Source of the DNA: a virus
Direction: 5' to 3' (one strand)
Length of the DNA: 48,147 bases
IMG/VR virus record: IMGVR_UViG_3300017446_000002
Span: 1-48,147 of that record
Position 1 is the first letter of the stretch. Every line of letters begins with the position of its first letter. A model generated the notes under the pieces. It made no database searches. It was not told the DNA's origin and worked only from the letters and a program-made list of their open reading frames with translations. The translations under genes and the position numbers were made by a program. Shown here in pieces: positions 43,903-48,147 of the stretch.

Positions 43903-44937
43903 CTATCCAAACGGGTTTATCGTGGTGACTACCCACGGCTCCCACGATTCCGGCTTGGCCTCGTCCTTGCCCATCGTGAACCAGTCGTTCAGGACCTTTT
44001 GGTCGCGACTCATACAAGGCTCCAAGTAGCGACATGGACGGTTGTAGAACATGCACCCGCCCGACGTCCTTGGAAAGAAATCCATTTCGGCGTAGCGTTG
44101 CATCTGCTGAAGTTGCATGACTCTTGAGAGTAGCCATTCTTGGATATCCGACTGGCGTTTCAGGAACGAGTACAGCTTGACTCGCGGCTCGATGATGTCG
44201 ATCTTGGCGTCGTAGTACAAGACCTCGAAAGAATCCTGTGGCTTGCCGGCGATATGGTCGACGACGATTCCGTACGGAACCTGCTGCGTGTCGAACTTAT
44301 ACTTTGCCGTTCGATCGTTGATGTTGTCGCGGTGAGTCTTGATGTCCGTCGTCCGGTACATGTCCGTCAGGAGGTTGCGCATGATCGCATCCATGTAGCC
44401 GACGAAACTGACTCCGCACCCGGTCGGGTACTTGGGCGTGGGCGGAAGCTTGATCCCCTCGAATCGAATCTCGAACGGGACTTCGATCGCGGGCACAACG
44501 ATTCCACCTTCGGGGTAAAGCAAGGCATTGCCCTGCTCGTACCGCAGATGATTCTCGGCCTTCTCATCCTGTGTAAGCGGACGTTTAATCTCGGCGATCT
44601 TGTAGTCACCCATCGAATGACTCACCATCATCTCTTCGAGCGTGGCAAGGCTGGCTTCGCAGGAGCGGAAATCGTTCTGCTCCATGAACTCCAGCTTGAA
44701 GGGATACTTCTCAAGGAACGCCCAGATGGCTTTCTCTTCGCTCTGAGTCACCAGATAGTTCTGATACCCAGCGTGAAGAGCCGTGCCGACATCGGCCGCG
44801 AACGCATCATCCCGCGCGCGGCCGTGATCGTAAAGCTTGTCCAGCTCGAACTTCCGCGGACACGACTCGAAGACATTGCCAGACGAGTACGACATGCGGA
44901 GGTACTGTTCCTCGACATAGTCTTGAGTCGTGATCAT
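43903..44937 (-). CDS. PD-(D/E)XK exonuclease, Cas4/RecB-like, with a 4-Cys cluster (344 aa).
   Basis: One N-terminal Cys (FESCPRKF) and three C-terminal Cys (GGCMFYNRPCRYLEPC). Nuclease core candidates are GYMDAI and TTDIKTH. The start was chosen at ATG 44937 (MITTQDYVEEQ...). Confidence 0.65.
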   Translation of the reverse strand: MITTQDYVEEQYLRMSYSSGNVFESCPRKFELDKLYDHGRARDDAFAADVGTALHAGYQNYLVTQSEEKAIWAFLEKYPFKLEFMEQNDFRSCEASLATLEEMMVSHSMGDYKIAEIKRPLTQDEKAENHLRYEQGNALLYPEGGIVVPAIEVPFEIRFEGIKLPPTPKYPTGCGVSFVGYMDAIMRNLLTDMYRTTDIKTHRDNINDRTAKYKFDTQQVPYGIVVDHIAGKPQDSFEVLYYDAKIDIIEPRVKLYSFLKRQSDIQEWLLSRVMQLQQMQRYAEMDFFPRTSGGCMFYNRPCRYLEPCMSRDQKVLNDWFTMGKDEAKPESWEPWVVTTINPFG

Positions 44938-45022
44938 GAGCCGAACCACACAAGCAAGAGGATAACCGGCCACATCAGGACGATGTAGCGTTGAATCGGG
45001 ATGGTCCCGCGGAGCCACTGAA

Positions 45023-45784
45023 TCATGAGAAGTCCATCCCTTCCAACGCTTCCAGCACCGCCAGATCATTGATTTCGGTCTTCTTGGCCTTCGGCGAACG
45101 CTTGGCCTTCGACTCTTCCTTCTTGATCCGAGCCAGACCCATCGACTCGCGCATACCGCGAACCATCGTGTGCATGTCGGAAGGCGCGATCAGCTTGCGA
45201 TACTCCGGATGATTCTGGAGTTCGATCATGATGCCGCGAACGACTCCGCCCAGCAAGTCCGGCTCGTGGATGACGCGGTAGATCGAGTCTAGCGAATCGA
45301 CGAATGCTTTACCGGCCGGTTCCAACTCCGGGGGTAAGTCGCGAGCTGGCCCCGTAGCAGGAATCTCGTCCTGAAAGCGGGACTTGTGAGTCGGCTGCTC
45401 GCTGTTGAGCAAGCGGTCGAGGTCGCCCATCGGTTCGGCTTTGCCGGTAACGGCTTGACTCGGAGTGGCCACCGGAGTCTTGGGCTCTGGCGTAAGTACC
45501 GATACGCGCTTCTCTTGAGTCGGCGCGCTTGACCCGATCCGATTTTTGAGGAACCCAAGCCCAGCGGCCGGGACAACCGCCGGAACTCCTCCGGATTCCT
45601 TTGCAGGTGCAGCCACCTCCGCAGGTTTGTTTGCAGCCTTGAGGAAGGCGAGTCCGGTCTTAGGCGGCGAAACCGATTCGCTACCAGTTTCCACTTGAGC
45701 GGCAGGTGCGCTGGGCGTTTCCGTTGGGACATCGGGCGATTCCTTCTTGGCCTTTTGGGCCGCGAGTAGAGCTTGTAGACTCAT
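45023..45784 (-). CDS. Hypothetical protein (253 aa) with a disordered P/A-rich N-terminal half carrying two GLxFLK motifs.
   Basis: Track ORF. The motifs are KTGLAFLKAANK and AAGLGFLKNRIG. The N-terminus is MSLQALLAAQKAKK. Confidence 0.7.
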   Translation of the reverse strand: MSLQALLAAQKAKKESPDVPTETPSAPAAQVETGSESVSPPKTGLAFLKAANKPAEVAAPAKESGGVPAVVPAAGLGFLKNRIGSSAPTQEKRVSVLTPEPKTPVATPSQAVTGKAEPMGDLDRLLNSEQPTHKSRFQDEIPATGPARDLPPELEPAGKAFVDSLDSIYRVIHEPDLLGGVVRGIMIELQNHPEYRKLIAPSDMHTMVRGMRESMGLARIKKEESKAKRSPKAKKTEINDLAVLEALEGMDFS

Positions 45785-46107
45785 GAGCGGAGCAAGTCCT
45801 CTAGCATTTCGGCGTGTTCATGCGACTCGGAACGTGTGGACCAAATGACCACAGCGTCGAATCGATGCCCATCTTCCGTGTGTGGGTGGACGGTGTGATG
45901 CACCTTGAAGTGCTGAATCTTTTTGTTCTGGTTCCGAAGCTTCTTCCGGACCCGCGACATCATGACTCGGATGCGCTGGACGATATTCTCGCCTTCGGTC
46001 TTCGGGCACAGGAACAAGACTCGTTCCCCCTGTTTGACCAATGGCATGATTCGCGCCATCAGCGCCCGCGTGTCATCTATGGGCAGGTCGTCGATTCGTA
46101 TTGCCAT
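45781..46107 (-). CDS. Hypothetical protein (108 aa).
   Basis: Track ORF with a strong AAGGAGG SD 7 nt upstream of ATG 46107. Confidence 0.65.
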   Translation of the reverse strand: MAIRIDDLPIDDTRALMARIMPLVKQGERVLFLCPKTEGENIVQRIRVMMSRVRKKLRNQNKKIQHFKVHHTVHPHTEDGHRFDAVVIWSTRSESHEHAEMLEDLLRS

Positions 46108-46126
46108 CGTGAGTCCTCCTTTCTAC

Positions 46127-46161
46127 GTAATAAGTGTGACACATTACATAGCCACTGTCAA
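46127..46161 (-). promoter_or_regulatory. Imperfect palindrome plus a TTGACA hexamer upstream of gene 45781..46107.
   Basis: GTAATAAGTGTGACACATTAC at 46127-46147 has outer arms GTAAT/ATTAC and inner arms GTGT/ACAC. A minus-strand TTGACA lies at 46156-46161. I found no good -10 at canonical spacing. Confidence 0.3.
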
Positions 46162-46433
46162 TAGATACATTTCGAGTCGTCAAGATAGTACCACGGATAA
46201 CCGCCTTCTGCACTCTTGAGTCCCCAAATCATGAAGCCGTGATGCTCGAACGAATCGACTCGCTTACCGCAGAGGATCATGAGATCAACGGCTATTGGAT
46301 TATTGGTGAGTCCCTCTTGATCGAGGATCGCCAGAAAGTCCCGAGCGCAGGTCCAGCACAAAGCCGCACCCACGCTCGTTACCTTGATCGGCAGTTTGCG
46401 TTCACCGCAAGAACCACAGACCGATTGAGTCAT
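46158..46433 (-). CDS. Small zinc-ribbon-like protein (91 aa).
   Basis: Track ORF with CGSCG...CWTC (CxxC-x17-CxxC) near the N-terminus. Confidence 0.55.
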   Translation of the reverse strand: MTQSVCGSCGERKLPIKVTSVGAALCWTCARDFLAILDQEGLTNNPIAVDLMILCGKRVDSFEHHGFMIWGLKSAEGGYPWYYLDDSKCIY

Positions 46434-47078
46434 TTACTTGAGCCACTCGAAGTGCGGGCCGTCGATGAAGTCAGGGCCGGGATGGCGACTCACGTAGGCG
46501 TCGACTTCTGCCTTATATGCGGTCGAATCACCACCGAAATCGGCGAGAGTGCGATCCCAAGCACCGCCCCATCGAATCCGGTTAGCGACACCCAATTCCG
46601 TCGCTGCGGAATCCATAGCCAGTGCGATCCGGTAACAGCCGTTCCAATCCCAAGTCGGTTTGCCGCCGATATATGGAACGAGGTCGACGGCGAGTCCATC
46701 AAGATGTTTGGACGCCATCGTCTTTGAGGTGCCGTTACGAACATGCTGCTGCTGCTCCTTATAGGTGCGAATCCCGTCGAACACCACGAAGTCGATGTCG
46801 CAGAGTTCGAGCGCACGCCGAGTCACCTTGACCAGCGTTTCGTTGACGCCGACCAGCTCCTTCTCGGAACCCTTGCCGAATCGGAAGCCGCTGACCTTGG
46901 GACCGGCCGATGCGGTATTCTGCGGAAGCGGCGCGGGCGACTTAGTGTTGGTCAGCGGAAGTTCAGGCGCGATTCCCGGTGCGGCGAACACCAAGATATT
47001 GTGGATGATCTGATCCATCTGGAGTCGATTGAACGACGTGCCGAGCAGATAGTCTTCGAGTTCTGCGTGAGTCTTCAT
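46434..47078 (-). CDS. Endolysin, a peptidase M15 (VanY / L-Ala-D-Glu peptidase-like) (214 aa).
   Basis: Zn-ligand pattern SKHLDGLAVDL and RWGGAWD...DGPHFEW. It is adjacent to two small membrane-protein genes. Confidence 0.75.
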   Translation of the reverse strand: MKTHAELEDYLLGTSFNRLQMDQIIHNILVFAAPGIAPELPLTNTKSPAPLPQNTASAGPKVSGFRFGKGSEKELVGVNETLVKVTRRALELCDIDFVVFDGIRTYKEQQQHVRNGTSKTMASKHLDGLAVDLVPYIGGKPTWDWNGCYRIALAMDSAATELGVANRIRWGGAWDRTLADFGGDSTAYKAEVDAYVSRHPGPDFIDGPHFEWLK

Positions 47079-47335
47079 GGTATCATGTATCCTGCTTTAG
47101 TGATGACGGGCTGCGGGGTGCCTGATTCACAGGCTTCTAACTTGGCTTCAAGCGCCGCCACTCGCTTGTCCAAGTATTCGATACGCTTCTGGCGATGATC
47201 GCCCACCAGATTCGTATAAGTGCGGACGCCGTTGACTGCGATGGCAATCACTGCAAGAATCGCGATGAAGAATATTCGCATACTCAACCGATGTTCGACG
47301 TCGTGCAATTTCTGCACCATAGCCATGTCTACCAT
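47075..47335 (-). CDS. Lysis-associated membrane protein, either an Rz-like i-spanin or a holin (86 aa).
   Basis: A single TM segment, IFFIAILAVIAIAV, is followed by a coiled-coil-like segment, RIEYLDKRVAALEAKLEA. Its stop overlaps the endolysin start (ATGA). Confidence 0.55.
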   Translation of the reverse strand: MVDMAMVQKLHDVEHRLSMRIFFIAILAVIAIAVNGVRTYTNLVGDHRQKRIEYLDKRVAALEAKLEACESGTPQPVITKAGYMIP

Positions 47336-47436
47336 AAGTGAATCGCTCCTGTCATGAAGAGGTAGAGGAATCGGATCACGACCATCGGAATGATGATGGC
47401 CGCGAATCCAATGAGACAGCCAACGGGGCTATTCAT
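47329..47436 (-). CDS. Possible small holin-like membrane protein (35 aa).
   Basis: Manual translation gives MNSPVGCLIGFAAIIIPMVVIRFLYLFMTGAIHLW. Its ATG overlaps the helicase stop (ATGA), and its end overlaps the next start by 7 nt. Confidence 0.4.
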   Translation of the reverse strand: MNSPVGCLIGFAAIIIPMVVIRFLYLFMTGAIHLW

Positions 47437-48147
47437 TTCTTGTTCTGCGCCAAGAGCCAAGCCAGCGACTTCTTAGCAGGAGTCGCAACAGGCTTCTCAC
47501 CTTTGCTCGGAGTCTCAAGCGGCTTCTGGTCCGGATTCATTCCGCGGATCATCTGCAACATCGATTCCTTCTTGGGGGCGGGGAGGCGAAGGATGGTGGG
47601 GTCGGGGCGCTTCGCTTGGTAATGAGTCACAACCGGACCAGACGCCACGACCGCGGTATTCGCGGCTTTGACCAGCCTTTCAGCAATAAGCGGGGCGGGT
47701 TCAGGCGCTTTGCCGACCAAAGACGCCATTGCCTGTTCCAAGCCAGCTTTCCGATTCTCCGCCGCCGTCGGCATCGGCTGCTTTGCGAACAGCTTGGAGA
47801 GACCCTTGAGTACGATAGCCCCCTGCTCCGGACTCCCATGGTGGTGGTGATGCTCATGCTTTATCTCGACCTTGTTGATGTTGATCTGAGTCGCGGACTT
47901 GAGGAAGGAGGGGCGTTGGGGTGGAGGTGCAATCGGCTCCGCCTTCGATTCCTCCTCACTGTCCAACAAACGATCAAGTGCGGAATCGGCCCGCTCAACG
48001 ATAGCCGTGTTGCCGCCCCACCGCAGATTGACCTTGACGGCCGCGCCCAATAGTCCGCTGTCATCGGCGAGTCGCTGGAATGCCGCCACCTTTTGAGCCA
48101 AGGTGGAGCCAGTGATGCGCTGCTTCGAGATAGCGGTACGAATCGAG
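47433..48147 (-). CDS. 3' part of the same RecD/Dda-like helicase gene. It encodes a non-helicase C-terminal extension; 48025-48147 duplicates 1-123.
   Basis: Track ORF 47433..48101 (…QKVAAFQRLADDSGLLGAAVKVNLRWGG...) is the in-frame continuation of the ORF that leaves the window at base 1. It contains PSFLKSA and HEHHHHH and ends SLAWLLAQNKK. Confidence 0.85.
   Translation of the reverse strand, partial: SIRTAISKQRITGSTLAQKVAAFQRLADDSGLLGAAVKVNLRWGGNTAIVERADSALDRLLDSEEESKAEPIAPPPQRPSFLKSATQININKVEIKHEHHHHHGSPEQGAIVLKGLSKLFAKQPMPTAAENRKAGLEQAMASLVGKAPEPAPLIAERLVKAANTAVVASGPVVTHYQAKRPDPTILRLPAPKKESMLQMIRGMNPDQKPLETPSKGEKPVATPAKKSLAWLLAQNKK
48025..48147. repeat. Terminal direct repeat, copy 2, identical to 1-123.
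   Basis: Direct comparison of the two ends found them identical. Confidence 0.9.

Noticed and set aside
43649-44137. A 162-aa minus-strand ORF.
   Set aside because: It overlaps both the kinase-like gene and the Cas4-like nuclease gene out of frame. It has no SD and is not needed to fill any gap.
48025-48147. The 123-bp end duplication read as a biological direct terminal repeat (T7-style).
   Set aside because: It lies inside the helicase ORF, which reads in phase across the junction. An assembly overlap of a circular or permuted genome is the simpler explanation.
1-48147. A search for tRNA, rRNA, CRISPR arrays, integrase, repressor, RNA polymerase, reverse transcriptase (DGR) and DNA methyltransferase.
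   Set aside because: I saw no cloverleaf-like GTTCGAATC or TAGCTCAG signatures and no spaced identical repeats. No ORF has DPPY/NPPY, YxDD or tyrosine/serine recombinase motifs. The PPY in 23621..24745 belongs to a tail-collar fibre. Absence by eye is not proof, so tRNAscan and HMM searches should confirm it.

Overview
The window is a complete tailed-phage genome of about 48.0 kb, either circularly closed or circularly permuted. Bases 1-123 are identical to 48025-48147, and a RecD/Dda-like helicase gene reads in frame straight through that junction.

There are two transcription arms. The plus arm (5480-34164) holds a small 3-gene cassette, then a putative small terminase and the large terminase. 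Portal, scaffold, major capsid, tail and fibre genes follow, then three internal-virion (ejection) proteins: an SLT-domain protein, a T/G/Q-rich protein and an 1844-aa giant.

The minus arm runs 4753 -> 1, across the junction, and on down to 34219. It holds small early genes, the helicase and a lysis cassette with an M15 peptidase. It also holds a Cas4-like nuclease, two P-loop kinases, an AAA_24-like ATPase, a family-A DNA polymerase, a DUF3987-like helicase and a DnaQ-like exonuclease.

The arms diverge at a 726-bp repeat-rich control region (4754-5479) and converge on a bidirectional terminator (34171-34213). The layout is podovirus-like, with no sheath or tape-measure gene. I recognised no integrase, RNA polymerase, primase, tRNA, CRISPR array or DNA methyltransferase.

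Three things stand out:
1. Several early and replication proteins carry the FtsZ conserved C-terminal peptide, or close variants, at their termini or in disordered tails (PAFLRK, PSFLRRK, PSFLK, GLAFLK, GLGFLK, GFLR). This suggests mimicry of the FtsZ tail.
2. GANTC (the CcrM/HinfI site) is in roughly 3-4 fold excess across coding and non-coding DNA, with no methylase gene present.
3. A 550-bp non-coding region upstream of the terminase genes is packed with ATGAGT-type repeats and small hairpins.

Functional calls come from motifs read by eye. No database search was possible.
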